From NCBI GenBank assembly GCA_963745835.1, contig CAVUZH010000014.1:352001-416000 (forward strand): a stretch of DNA of 64,000 nt, read 5' to 3'. The position numbers and the translations under genes were made by a program. The DNA comes from an uncultured delta proteobacterium (GTDB lineage: Bacteria > Desulfobacterota > Binatia > UBA9968). This document shows positions 10,732-21,601 of this stretch, piece after piece; the stretch's first letter is position 1; the number at the start of each line of letters is the position of its first letter. Below the pieces are notes generated by a model. That model was given only the letters and a program-made list of their open reading frames with translations, had not been told where the DNA came from and made no database searches.

Positions 10732-11777
10732 CTATGAAGCCGTGGGCACGGACGAGCTAAATACGTTGCCATAGCTAAGACGATCTCTGTTGGCGGGCAT
10801 TGTTCGTTTACGCCACTTAGGGTGAAGATATAAATTCGGGTCGATGCCGGCCGCATGCAGAGCGTTGCCCCAGCTTCCAAAGTACGCTTCGGCAGCACTC
10901 ACAAGCGCGGGGTTATCTCGCCGCACTGCTGCATAGCCGAGCGGCTTGCCCGACCCGTGCCTCCGAACGATCATCGCTATAACTTTAGCTTTGCTCCAAC
11001 CAGCCGAAACTCTACGGTCAGTCTTTAAGGCAGCCTTGGCTTTCCGCAAGCTACCGAAATAATAAACCGCATGCAGTTTCAGTTTATCTGGAAGATCATA
11101 TCGGAATGCTGCTCCAAAGCATCACGCAAAGCCCTTAAAACTCCGCGACGGCCATCATGCGGGCTGTCAGGAACTTCTATACCGGCGGCGAGTAGTGCGT
11201 TTGCCCAAAACCCAAATATGCGTAGAGCTGCGGAGAACAGTGCAGCGTAATGTTTTAGGACATATGCCGGATAGAGAGGTACGCCTTTTTCCCGTAAGAA
11301 ACGGAGCTTGATGATAACTCTTTCGGTTTCCCAATACGTTCTTAGCCGCATCCGTTCTGGGGTAAATCCCAGTACACGGAGAGCCGCATCCCAATCTCCA
11401 CCGTTGAGCCAAAGCCCTTCTACATACAGAGTTGGATACTGCTTTTGGAGAAATCCTGCATAGACGTTGCCGTCCTGCTTATAGACGGCCTTCATCGCAG
11501 CGATCCACTCCCGCCTGCTGTGCGCACAGTAATCGGATCGTGAACTATGATTTACACGGAATGATTTGGAGCAGAGCTTGTCCGGGCTGAGCCGGTACTC
11601 CTCGATGTAGGTTTCACGGTCAGTGCCATGCGTTGAAAAGTGTCGGCCACTGATTACGCGCAAGTGTTTGCCGCAGATACGGCAGCGAACGAAGTCGATG
11701 CCTTAACCAGTCTGGATTTTGGGATGGTGCGTTTTAGGACGAGAATCACTGTTGCCGATGGAAGGTTTCGACTTCAT
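10732..11777 (-). pseudogene. Zn-finger plus homing-endonuclease-associated-repeat-like DNA-binding protein, disrupted
   Basis: CRICGKHL..ISGRHFSTH; repeats GGDWDAAL, IFGFWANALLAAGI, YFGSLRKA, YFGSWGNALHAAGI; internal stop and frameshift. Confidence 0.6.
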
Positions 11778-11873
11778 TTGGGGCGCCGGTATATACGCCT
11801 AGAAAGCCTGCGAGTCAAAATCTGCTACGTTAAACGATGGCGCTGCACGGGGCCCGGGCGGGTATGTCTAAAG

Positions 11874-12567
11874 CTACCAAAGGCGCCGCTGCGGGTGTGG
11901 CGCAGGCTGAATGCACTCCGCGGTGTCATACTCTGGCTTATTGACGAGCGGGGACACGTCATGGGCCTGCATCTGTTCAGATGTGAACGGGGCAAGCACG
12001 GCGGCGATATCCGCCGGCCAGGTACTGAGTCTTGGATCTAGCCACTGCTTAGCCTGCAGCGCGTCAAAGATCACGGGCATACGGTTGTGAATGCGTCGCA
12101 GCAGGGCATTAGGTACGGTGGTTATGATCGTAAAACTGTGGCGCACCTCGCCCTCAACATCGCGCCACATATCCCATAGACCAGCGAACGCGAACGGCTG
12201 TTTTTTTCTTCAGGTGAAACCAAACCGGAATTTTACCCCTGCCTTCTCGGCGCCACTCATAAAATTCATCTGCGGGTATAAGACAACGATTACTCTCAAC
12301 CAGCCGTCGATAGCTCGGCTTTTCAGTGATTGTCTCGGCGCGCGCATTGATCATGTTGTTACCGATCGATGGATCCGGAGACCACGACGGAACCAATCCC
12401 CACTTCATCGGTTTGAGTTCGTTGACGCCTTCGTTCTGCACGATAACCGGCACTTCCTGGGACGGCACGACGTTATACCGCCGAGCGAAGAGCGGTATGT
12501 CGCGCTGAAGATTGAAAAGCAGCTTAATTTCTCGAAACTCAAATGAAGCAGTGAAGCGTCCACACAT
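11874..12567 (-). CDS. SOS response-associated peptidase (SRAP/YedK family), frameshift in a T-run near 12200
   Basis: MCGRF start, INARAET, RCLIPADEFYEW, IHNRMPVI. Confidence 0.9.
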
Positions 12568-12615
12568 CGCGTTGTGTTCTCCTTCCGTCCACTATCATTT
12601 TGCTCGCGAACGTGT

Positions 12616-12837
12616 TCATCGACCCATTGTTCTGGCGAGTTCTAGCCCGTGCTGGATCGCGGTTTGTTTACCGGCAAAACGCTGACCTTCGATTCGTATA
12701 ATCTCTACCAAAGGGCTTCGCGTTTTCGCTGAATAGACCGGTTCCGAGTGACTGCCACTCATTGGGTTTGGATGGGCTATCGTAACCGAATCGTGAACCA
12801 AGGAACCCTTGTATTCCGCAAGCGGTGATTCGTCCAT
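12616..12837 (-). CDS. Hypothetical protein
   Basis: ORF only. Confidence 0.35.
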   Translation of the reverse strand: MDESPLAEYKGSLVHDSVTIAHPNPMSGSHSEPVYSAKTRSPLVEIIRIEGQRFAGKQTAIQHGLELARTMGR

Positions 12838-12970
12838 CCGCGGACTACGTAAATTGACGTGTGACGATTCATGGCTACGAATTTTCGTTCGTGGGGCTAT
12901 TCAAGAGCATACTTTGCGGCGTATCGTTCGCTGCTTTCCTCTGAATAAACAAATCATTCCGCAAATCTCA

Positions 12971-12987
12971 TTGGCATCTTCATTGCG
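12971..12987 (+). promoter_or_regulatory. sigma54 promoter
   Basis: TTGGCATCTTCATTGCG, identical to 56336-56352. Confidence 0.7.
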
Positions 12988-13059
12988 GTTTAGGCTTCCC
13001 ATCTCGCGCCGCGCTCATTTTAAACGGGAACGGCATAATCTCGCCTGTTCGGAGGAACT

Positions 13060-13386
13060 ATGAAAAAACTATTCGTATGTCTTACATTGTCGATCCTATT
13101 AGTGACGGCGTATTCGGAGGCGCAGTTGAGCAATGGAGGCGCTGTGTCTTGGCTTGAAGACCAGCCGATCGTAGCGAAAGTCGAGAGACGCGGATGGGTC
13201 GCTGGCTCTGTAGACATACATGTGAATAATGCGTGGGATGCTATGAAGAAGTATGAAAAAGAGTTGTTGGTGAATAATTGGGCGCAGACTTGGATGGCAG
13301 CAGGTGGTAAGACTATGTTTGTTTACGACAGCGAGGGGAAACAGGTCGCGTCTTCCGTACTTCACAGGGCAATAGTAAGAGATTGA
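13060..13386 (+). CDS. Exported hypothetical protein
   Basis: Signal peptide MKKLFVCLTLSILLVTAYSEA; RBS GGAGG. Confidence 0.7.
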   Translation: MKKLFVCLTLSILLVTAYSEAQLSNGGAVSWLEDQPIVAKVERRGWVAGSVDIHVNNAWDAMKKYEKELLVNNWAQTWMAAGGKTMFVYDSEGKQVASSVLHRAIVRD

Positions 13387-13499
13387 GCACTGTTACGGCA
13401 TTATGGACTTAGGCATCAACAAGACACGTCTCCTGGGTAACCACAGATGTATCTGCTGGCATCGGAACGCCACCGGCAGAGCGATACAGGTCCAGGCAT

Positions 13500-13741
13500 A
13501 TAAACCCGTCGTTATGCACCGGAGAGATCGTCATCATCCTCTGGCGCTCTACGTGCGTGGAGATAAGGCGCGGCAGCTCTGGCCCATATCGTCGCGGCGC
13601 TCCTTGTCGGCTTTCGGATCGCGCATGACTTTAAGCATATAATCCAGCGGCAGCGTCCCTTTCTTCGCTGCGTTATCGAGTAAGGGTGCGGTGATTCTTA
13701 CTGCCCTGCTTGCGCCCGCCTGTTTTTGTTCGGTTGGTCAT
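13500..13741 (-). pseudogene. Phage small-terminase-like remnant
   Basis: MTNRTKTGGRKQGSKN...LPLDYMLKVMRDPKADKERRDDM...AAAPYLHARRA across frameshifts. Confidence 0.5.
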
Positions 13742-13866
13742 TTCCCAGATTTTCTAAATTAGAACTTCAGTCCCACCACAATGCCCCCTTTTTGGTCTGC
13801 CGCCGTAATGTTCGTGAATCCCACTGTCGAGCATTTCCACACCGAATGTGCGCACCGCAACAAAAT

Positions 13867-15320
13867 TCATTTGATCACGTTCTCCGACCGCGTCCGTAGG
13901 CGAATGTCTTCTTTCATCATCGTTCGACTGTTCTGCATCGATTCAATTCCGCCGGCCCGAGTCGCTGCCCCAAGGAGTTTCCGATGTTCACGAACAATGC
14001 CCATGGCGAGAAGGAGCCACAGCCCCGTGATAAAGATATTTACGAGCGCAAAAGCGCTGATACTGAAGGCAAATGTTACTCCGCCAAAAACCAGTACCGC
14101 CGCTAAAACGTCGCCGAAGCGGACAAAAAAAGTATCGATTGCGGCCTTTGCCTTGTATTTAACTTCTCGGCTGGTCGGCAGAAATAACGTCTGCCGAGCG
14201 GTGTTTTGAACCGAATAGTCGACGCTCTTTTCGGTGATTTTAGCAATTCTGATGTAGCTGAGGACTGGTATCACAGCGATGAGTGAGTAGCTTCCCAGCG
14301 CAATCAGCGGCAGGAAGTAGAGAGCCCCGGCGAGGCCAAAATACTTAAAGATCCGTGAGACCAGAAATAGTTGGATGAGGGCCTCGCAAAGACTCACCCA
14401 AAAAAAGAAGTTGCCGTAGAACTCCCCAAGAAACACTTGCGCCACTTTTTCTCTCTGCGCGCTTGTCAGTGAACTCCCTAGAGCTTCGGTAATCGTCCGC
14501 CGTTCTTCGTCAGCTATGACGAGTTGAGCCTCATCGGTGACTTTCTTGCCCAGGATGTATTCGCCGGTGGTATTGACCAGATTGGCCACGACCATAAGAA
14601 GGGCGATCAAAAGCAGATAGCGTTGTCTCATGACCAGACCAAACCCGTCTGCTTGCCCGACAGGCTTCTCAGTGTCTGCGGTTCGGACTGCTGAATTGAG
14701 AAGGCGTTTCTCCCGTGCATTGACGAGCTTGGCGAGGATGATCGAAATCGCGAGAAGACCGGCGGCAATCAGCATGAGCTGGTATGTTCCAAGTGGACGG
14801 ATTAGCCAACCCGCAACTATGGGTCCTAAAATGGCGCCGAGGGAGCCGCCAAAGGCAACGATGGCGAACAGACGCTGTCCTTGCTCCTGGGTGTAAATGT
14901 CGTTCGCAAAGGACCAGAATTGCGCGACCACGAGAAGATTAAAAATGCCGACCCATAGAAAGAAAACAATCCCGATCGGCACATGAAACTGCGCCAAAGC
15001 GTAAAAGCAAAGAAGGTTGGTGATAAAAAAGGTCGTGACCCAAGTAATCAGCCTGATGCGGTTGACCCGACTGGCAATGAATCCATAGGCGGGCACGACG
15101 ACAAGGAACAAGAGCGCCTGTCCGGCGGCAGCATAGCTTTTGACCGCGGCTCCGCCTTGCGTGAGAATGAGCGGTTCGCGCACGGTCTTTATCATTAAAT
15201 AAGCGGTTAAAAGATAAACAAATTGAGCGTCAGCAAAATCGCCGTCGTTCCCTCCCCTGGACGAATCTCGGCCACAAGTCCGAGAGATCGCTCCAAAATG
15301 TTGAGTTGTCTTTTTTTCAT
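13867..15320 (-). CDS. Npt1/Npt2 (TLC/AAA ATP-ADP translocase-like) MFS transporter, 5' frameshift near 15210
   Basis: IKTVREPLIL, QFWSFANDIY, DYSVQNTARQTLFLPTSREVKYKAKAAIDTFFVRFGD; N-terminus MKKRQLNILERSLGLVAEIRPGEG from 15320. Confidence 0.85.
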
Positions 15321-15326
15321 TGCCGT

Positions 15327-16320
15327 CTATCTGATTACCTTGTCGGCTCGCGCCAGCACGTTCGGCGGAATCGTGACGCCGATCTGTTTGGCGATCTTGA
15401 GATTGATCACCAACTCAAACTTGGTGGGCTGCTCAATCGGCAACTCTGCCGGGTTCGCACCCTTGAGGATTCTATCTACGCGGTTAGCGGCGCGCCGATA
15501 CACATCATTTGAGCTACCGCTGTAAGACATTAGGCCTCCGGCAGGAGGAAAGTTCGGATCGGGGAACATTGCTGGCATCCGGTGCTGCAACGCGAGACCG
15601 ACAACCTGCTTAACTTCGGTAGTAATAGGTGGACTCGCCGCAGCGATAAGCCCCGTTGCTTTTGATCGGGTTGCGTTCTCGAAAGCAAAACCGAGATCGC
15701 TCGGACTACGCTACATCGAGCGGCAACAGCTTTACCCTTAGGAGTCGGGCTGCGCCTCTGATTGCTGCTTCTGTTAATCGGGCAGCGGGATTATCTGGAT
15801 TTCTGAGATAAGCCACTAGCGATAGGGTCGGTACGGTTTCCTTCAGTAATTCTAGTCGTTTTTCGTACAATTCCGGGCCACCGGAACCTACGCCCGTGAC
15901 ATTACCGCCCGGACGAGCAAAACTCTTCACTAGTCCTAATTCGACCGGATCGGTCCCCAATCCGGCAAACACAATCGGAATTTTGCTCGTTGCGTTTTTG
16001 GCAGCACGAATGGAAGGAGTGCCACCAATGGCGAGCACTACATCAACATTCAATCGAACAAGGTCCTCGACTAGTTTATCAAGCCGGTCAAAGTGACCAT
16101 CAGCCCATCGCTCCTCAATAATAATATTTTGCCCGACGATGTAGCCGTGCTCAGCCAGACCAAGTCGGAACGCCGCAAGTCGCTCGCTGGATTGAAATGC
16201 CGACTGTGTGCCCAGCAGGCCAATTTTTGGAACTTTGCTGAACTGCTGTGTCTCGGCTACCCCTAAACCAAACACCAGAACGGCTAGGGCGCACCCAATC
16301 AAGCTTGCAGCACATGTCAC
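15327..16320 (-). CDS. ABC substrate-binding protein (COG2984), copy C, frameshift near 15706
   Basis: Second half of ORF 15706-17301 plus ORF 15327-15590. Confidence 0.8.
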
Positions 16321-17301
16321 TTGATCACCTTGTCCGCCCGCGCCAGCACGTTTTGCGGAATCGTTAACGCCGATCTGTTTTGCGGTTTTCAAATTGATCA
16401 CCAGCTCAAACTTCGTCGGCTGCTCAACCGGAAGATCAGCGGGCTTTGCACCTTTCAGAATCTTGTCAATGTAGAAAGCAGCACGTCGAAAAGCCTCAAG
16501 ATCACTGGCTGAATAGGACATCAATCCACCTTGCTCCACCCAAGTATGTCCCTCAAACATCGAAGCCAGTCTGTTCTCTATTGCCAGTTCTGCGATTCTT
16601 TTCTGATGACGAAACAGGTTGGTGTTAGTGATCGTAACGAATGCTTTGGCGCGTCCCTTCATCGCGCTTTGGATCATTCCTTCAACATCAGGATTTAATC
16701 CACGTACTTCTAAGGCTTGAATGCTTATCTTTAGGACTCCGGCTGCAGTCTCGTATTCCTTAAAACGCATGGCCGAATTTTGGCTATCTGCATCCCGGAG
16801 CACCGCGACTCGTGAAAGATGCGGGACGATTTCGGTAAGCAACTGAAGCCGTTTTCCACTCAAGGCTCGATTCAGTGTCATAAGTCCGGTTATATTGCCA
16901 CCTGGACGCGCCAAGCTATCAACTAGGCCAGCTCCGACTGCATCAACACCGGCAACCATGACAATCGGGATGCTTTTGGTCGCCTGCTTAGCTGCGAGTA
17001 TTGCTGGCATGATAGGCACGACAAGCACATCAACTTTAAGTTTAACTAATTCGGTTACGAGATTTGAGACACGATCCACGTTTGCGTCCGCGCCCCGATA
17101 CTCGATGAGGATATTCTTACCGTCTATATAGCAACCAAGTTCGCTAAGGCCGTGGCGCAATGCCTGAACGTAAGGTCCTTGATTAAAGGCATCTCCGGTC
17201 CCTGACACATAACCAATACGTGGAATTTTGGCTGGCTGCTGAGCGGCAGCAAAATGTATTGCCGTCAAGATAAAGCCAATAAGCACAAGAGCGGTTTTCA
17301 T
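16318..17301 (-). CDS. ABC substrate-binding protein (COG2984), copy D
   Basis: Full-length family motifs; a 3' frameshift joins it to copy C in the ORF track. Confidence 0.85.
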
Positions 17302-17308
17302 GCGTCAA

Positions 17309-17337
17309 TTTTTACCCCTGTCGATCTAGCTTGTCCA
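17309..17337 (-). promoter_or_regulatory. sigma70-like promoter, probably leaderless, for SBP copy D
   Basis: TGGACA-17bp-TAAAAA-7bp-ATG, same geometry as 21573-21601. Confidence 0.45.
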
Positions 17338-17408
17338 GAAATGTTTTGGTCAGCGGAAATTAAAGCCTGAGTAAGCCGTTGAAGGGTGCTGATTATTGAA
17401 GGTTTTGA

Positions 17409-17783
17409 TTAAGCAGCCACGCCAGTCTCGCTCCCGCGTGCGCTAACCGAGGGCGAATCAGGGCGCGTGCCGCTTCTGCGTAGGTTGCGCCGATCTCGCC
17501 CGACGCAGGTAGCCTATACACCTACGCCCTGACTATCGCCAGCGATTCAAGCGCCCACTGTGCCGCGGTTCCTTGCTGCCACTGCTGAAGCTCATCGCTA
17601 GTCACAGCAGCTTGTATTCGCCCGGCGATCTCTGCGGCAGTGCCGTGCTCCAACTCAACCAGTGCGGTGTCCCACAACGAGTGCAGGTTTTCTTTCTTGC
17701 CGTTGAATCTCACGTCAACACTGTTGCTACCGCGATCCTCTGCGAAGCCGGCATGCAGCGGCTGATGGATGTCGCCGACGATG
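17409..17783 (-). pseudogene. S1/P1 nuclease 3' fragment
   Basis: IVGDIHQPLHAGFAEDRGSNSVDVRFNGKKENLHSLWD; homologous to 5759-6150. Confidence 0.8.
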
Positions 17784-17837
17784 CCGGATTGTCTTTTTAG
17801 ATGCGCAGGATTATCTCTTTATTGACCAGGAGGAGCT

Positions 17838-18476
17838 ATGAAAAACAATATTTCCGTTGGGTTGTTCTCCTTGATTCTGCTCTTTTCGGGTTGCGCCGGT
17901 TTTCAAGCCGCTCGAGAGGTCAACTCAGGAAGACAGGCTTACCTTATCGGCAACAACGAAGCCGCCTATGCACACTTCCAAAAGGCTGCGGAAGTGGACC
18001 CAAATTATGTTTACGGCACTGCGCTACGCCAGGGAGTCTGGAGTTACGTTGGCCGGGTGAATTACGATATAGGGCGGCTCCCTCAAGCGCGCGAGGCACT
18101 TGAGCGAGCGCTTGCCGCTAACCGTGAAGAAGATCTTTCCAGACTTTATTTCGGCCTTGCGTTAGCTCGAGAGGGCGATCGCCAGAGAGGGCTCAAGGAA
18201 ATCGAAGGTGGCCTGCGTGGAATGCATCAATGGTTGGATTATGTGGATCAGAACCACGGCTCTTCCTTTGGCCGATTCTGGGATCCGTCGCGCGAGATAC
18301 GTTCGGCGATTCAGACAGACCTCGCTTTAATCTCTGGCAGAGACATCGATTGGCAAAAGCTCATCGCCTCCAGTGAATGGGTTGGCAAACGAATGGAACT
18401 TGAAAGCGATCTTGCGAGACGCGACGAAACGATCGAGCGAAACAGAGACAACGACGGCCGGGGTAATCGCTCCTAG
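17838..18476 (+). CDS. TPR-containing lipoprotein
   Basis: Lipobox FSGC, TPR-like helices, RBS AGGAGG. Confidence 0.8.
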   Translation: MKNNISVGLFSLILLFSGCAGFQAAREVNSGRQAYLIGNNEAAYAHFQKAAEVDPNYVYGTALRQGVWSYVGRVNYDIGRLPQAREALERALAANREEDLSRLYFGLALAREGDRQRGLKEIEGGLRGMHQWLDYVDQNHGSSFGRFWDPSREIRSAIQTDLALISGRDIDWQKLIASSEWVGKRMELESDLARRDETIERNRDNDGRGNRS

Positions 18477-18828
18477 AATGTCAAATCAATTGCGCGGTTG
18501 ATCGGGCCAAGCGCATTTGTAAAGAGCACCCCGAAGTCTACGCCGCGGAGGACGGTATATACGTCCCGCCGTGATTTGATCGGTGCACCCGACCGTTGCG
18601 CGGACGTAGCTGTCCACTCCGAATTAGGTTGCAATGATTGCCTCCCGCACATCGCTCATCCGTCGCACTGTCTCCGGATCAATGATCTTCGTACCAGCCT
18701 AACCGTTAAGATGAGCCGTCTTATGACGCATCAATGGCTATTGGCGTCTATTCGCGGATAGCCCAGGGAACAGAGCGTAAATACGTTGAAGTTGTTGAGG
18801 TTTAAGCCGGGACAAAACAAGAGACCCG

Positions 18829-20205
18829 CTACCTTAGATACAAAACAGCATGTCCGCTAAATGGTGCAGAGAAGGAAATTGAGCCGGTTGACACTATAAT
18901 GCTTCCTCTGTTCGCTACTGTTCCCGTACCAGGATTGAACCATTCAAAGTTGTAGGTTCCATTCTTGAGGTTCACATTGAAAGATCCATGATTCGGTTGA
19001 TAGATCAAATACTCGGAACCCCCTGTGGACAAACAGTATCCGGTAGAAGCTTGGCAATTCTGAGGCGTCATTAAAGCCAGATTGATTCGGTCTGCATAAG
19101 AGCGAGCATCTCCCATTGCCGCACGGATAGGATCCCATTGCGATCCATTGTAATGATCCATCACAATCGGGTTCACGCCTGAAAGAAAACTTTTCCACAC
19201 CCAAGCAGGATTCCTTTCAAAAGCATTGATGTGGTCGGTATCCGCGATCACCACTTTTCGGCCATCACCCATGAGGTTTGCGACCGGAGAAATCCAGTCA
19301 GCCGGGCTGTTGAAAAGCTCCGCATCTGACCCAGAATAACCAATGTTTGACCATTGATATGTCATTCCTACAGGATGTTGCTTGGGTTTAGCAGATTGGT
19401 AGGATTTAATAGAGTTGATAAAATCGTACTGCCAATGGGTTGAATAGGTTCCGCTCTCGTTAACAATCTCATATAGAACGTTATTCAAATCATTGACAGT
19501 ATCTACAACCTTTCGCATGTAGGCTTTTTGGATTGCGTTTACACCAGTCGGCCCTGGGAAGGTTTGGGACTCAATACCGTAACCGTCATTGTTTGGATCC
19601 CCATTAATGCCGTTAATATTGTTTTCGGAATGCATCGGATGCCCATTCCATCTCCAAGCCGGCTCTGATGCCTGTAGTCCCCAACCTTCGAAGAGCATTA
19701 TGGAAACGTAAATCCCGCGATTTCCGGCCTCGACAACTCTTTGGCGAAGCCGATCGAAATAAGCCTGATCAAGCTTGCTCAAATCAAACTTTGGTTTTCC
19801 GTCTAAAGCGGTTCCCGGCCCGGTTCTCGGCCATGGAAAGTGTATTACATAGTAGTAGCCTTCATCGTGGATGCTTGTAATGGAATTGGTCTTAAACGAG
19901 TCCCAGGCCCACAGACGTATAAAATTGTGTCCATTCGATTGTAGAAGATCGAGGTAGCCGTTGAAATCAAAGATAGGCGGCGGATCAGTGAGTCCTATAT
20001 CTCTCATATTTGACCATGTATGTGAACCAGTAAGATACACAGCTTTACCGGAACCATCGGTGAAATAGCGGGGGTTAGAAGGAAGAACGCGCAGAGTACG
20101 ATCCCTTTGGACATTGCTTACATTTAGAAGAGTGCAGCCGAGCGCCCCGACAATGGTAACAAAAATCAACCATGCTATCTTGGATGCGAAGTTTCGGGAA
20201 TGCAT
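18829..20205 (-). CDS. Secreted putative glycoside hydrolase (DUF6298/DUF4038-like TIM barrel with C-terminal collagen-binding-like domain)
   Basis: NPRYFTDGSGKAVYLTGSHTW, GHNFIRLW, VLYEIVNE, EWFNPGTG. Confidence 0.7.
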   Translation of the reverse strand: MHSRNFASKIAWLIFVTIVGALGCTLLNVSNVQRDRTLRVLPSNPRYFTDGSGKAVYLTGSHTWSNMRDIGLTDPPPIFDFNGYLDLLQSNGHNFIRLWAWDSFKTNSITSIHDEGYYYVIHFPWPRTGPGTALDGKPKFDLSKLDQAYFDRLRQRVVEAGNRGIYVSIMLFEGWGLQASEPAWRWNGHPMHSENNINGINGDPNNDGYGIESQTFPGPTGVNAIQKAYMRKVVDTVNDLNNVLYEIVNESGTYSTHWQYDFINSIKSYQSAKPKQHPVGMTYQWSNIGYSGSDAELFNSPADWISPVANLMGDGRKVVIADTDHINAFERNPAWVWKSFLSGVNPIVMDHYNGSQWDPIRAAMGDARSYADRINLALMTPQNCQASTGYCLSTGGSEYLIYQPNHGSFNVNLKNGTYNFEWFNPGTGTVANRGSIIVSTGSISFSAPFSGHAVLYLR

Positions 20206-20387
20206 AAGGACAACTTAGGAGTAGTAATCGCGTATAGGCGTCATTAGGCTGCTTCTGCCGCCAACCGTTCCGATAAACCTACCTTACGCTTCACCTTAAC
20301 ATCAACATAGGGATAGAGCTGCCGTCGATGTTGAAGCCTTTGTATTCGAGCATGGCAGTCTGTCCCGTTGTTGATAGCTACTGATGA

Positions 20388-20574
20388 TTATTGCGTTGTC
20401 GGATTTAGAATGCGCTGACAAACGGCACGCTCATCAAACAGCTTCTGCTTGAACTCCGCGTCCGTGATGACACCCTTGTCGATCAGTAGCTTGGCGAGCG
20501 CGTCTGTCATCGCCAGGGGTGGTTACCACAAGTTCTTCCAGAGATACGGGTTTGCCGTTTTCGAGTTGTGCCAC
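20388..20574 (-). CDS. ~61-aa SHOCT-like small protein, paralog 2, 1-bp frameshift
   Basis: MAQLENGKPVSLEELVVT/LAMTDALAKLLIDKGVITDAEFKQKLFDERAVCQRILNPTTQ*. Confidence 0.7.
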
Positions 20575-20582
20575 TGTGACTC

Positions 20583-21565
20583 CTATTTGATGATTCTGTC
20601 CGCTCGCGCCAAAACCTTCTGCGGGATGATAAGTCCGATCTGCTTCGCTGTCTTGAGATTTATCACCAGCTCAAGCTTTGTCGGCTGCTCCACTGGCAGA
20701 TCAGCGGGCTTGGCTCCTTTCAGGATTCTGTCCACGTAATATGCGACGCGATGGTAGCTGTCCATGAGGTCCGCCCCATAGAACATGAGCCCGCCGAGAT
20801 CTACAGCTTCGGTGTTGTTGTATATCGACGGTAGCCGACTCTTTAACGCGAAGCCTGCAATGCGTTTTTATAGATAGCCCACATTCGCGTGCCTGAGAGC
20901 ACGTAGAGTCCATCCGGGCGCTCGTTGTTAAATGAAGCGAAGGCTCGCTCGAAACCGTCCGCGTCTGGTATCTCCCAAGGCTGAATAGTCAACTTCAGCG
21001 CGCGCGCTGTCACTGGGAGAACCTCCTTCACTTCCGCTAGTTGGGACGTATTTGCCGGATCGTAGAGAACCGCGACACGAGCTACTTTGGGAACGGCTTC
21101 TTTGAGCAACTCAAGCCGCTTACCGCCTAGCTCTCTGGAAAGGTTTGTAAGGCCTGTGACGTTGCCGCCGGGACGGGCAAGACTTTCAACCAGGCCTGCC
21201 TCGACGGGATCGGACCCATTGGTCATCACGAGGGGAATACTCTTGGTCGCATTCTTGACCGCCCGGACCGGTGTATTCCCACCTGCTACCACGATGATAT
21301 CAAGCTTGAGACGTACCAGCTCGGCCGCAAGCTCAGGAAACCGATCGCGGTTCCCCTCCGCATATCGGTACTCGCTGGAGATGTTCTGTCCTTCAATGTA
21401 GCCAAGCTCGCGCAGAGCCTGCCGAAGTGGCTCGGAACGGGCGGAGTCAGTAGTGGGGTTGCCCGGCAATAGGTACCCTATCCGAGCGACTTTCCTTGCC
21501 TGCTGCGCCTCGGCGGGATGAACACTGGCCAAGATAAAGCCAATCAACAACAGAATAATCCTCAT
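20583..21565 (-). CDS. ABC substrate-binding protein (COG2984), copy E, frameshift near 20865
   Basis: ORFs 20843-21565 and 20583-20786; closest to copy A. Confidence 0.87.
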
Positions 21566-21572
21566 GTGCCGA

Positions 21573-21601
21573 CAGTTATCGCTGTTCGAGATAGGTGTCC
21601 A
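21573..21601 (-). promoter_or_regulatory. sigma70-like promoter, probably leaderless, for SBP copy E
   Basis: TGGACA-17bp-TAACTG-7bp-ATG. Confidence 0.45.

Noticed and set aside
15706-17301. 531-aa double-SBP fusion ORF
   Set aside because: A 1-bp frameshift near the end of copy D reads into copy C, which has its own signal peptide; these are two genes
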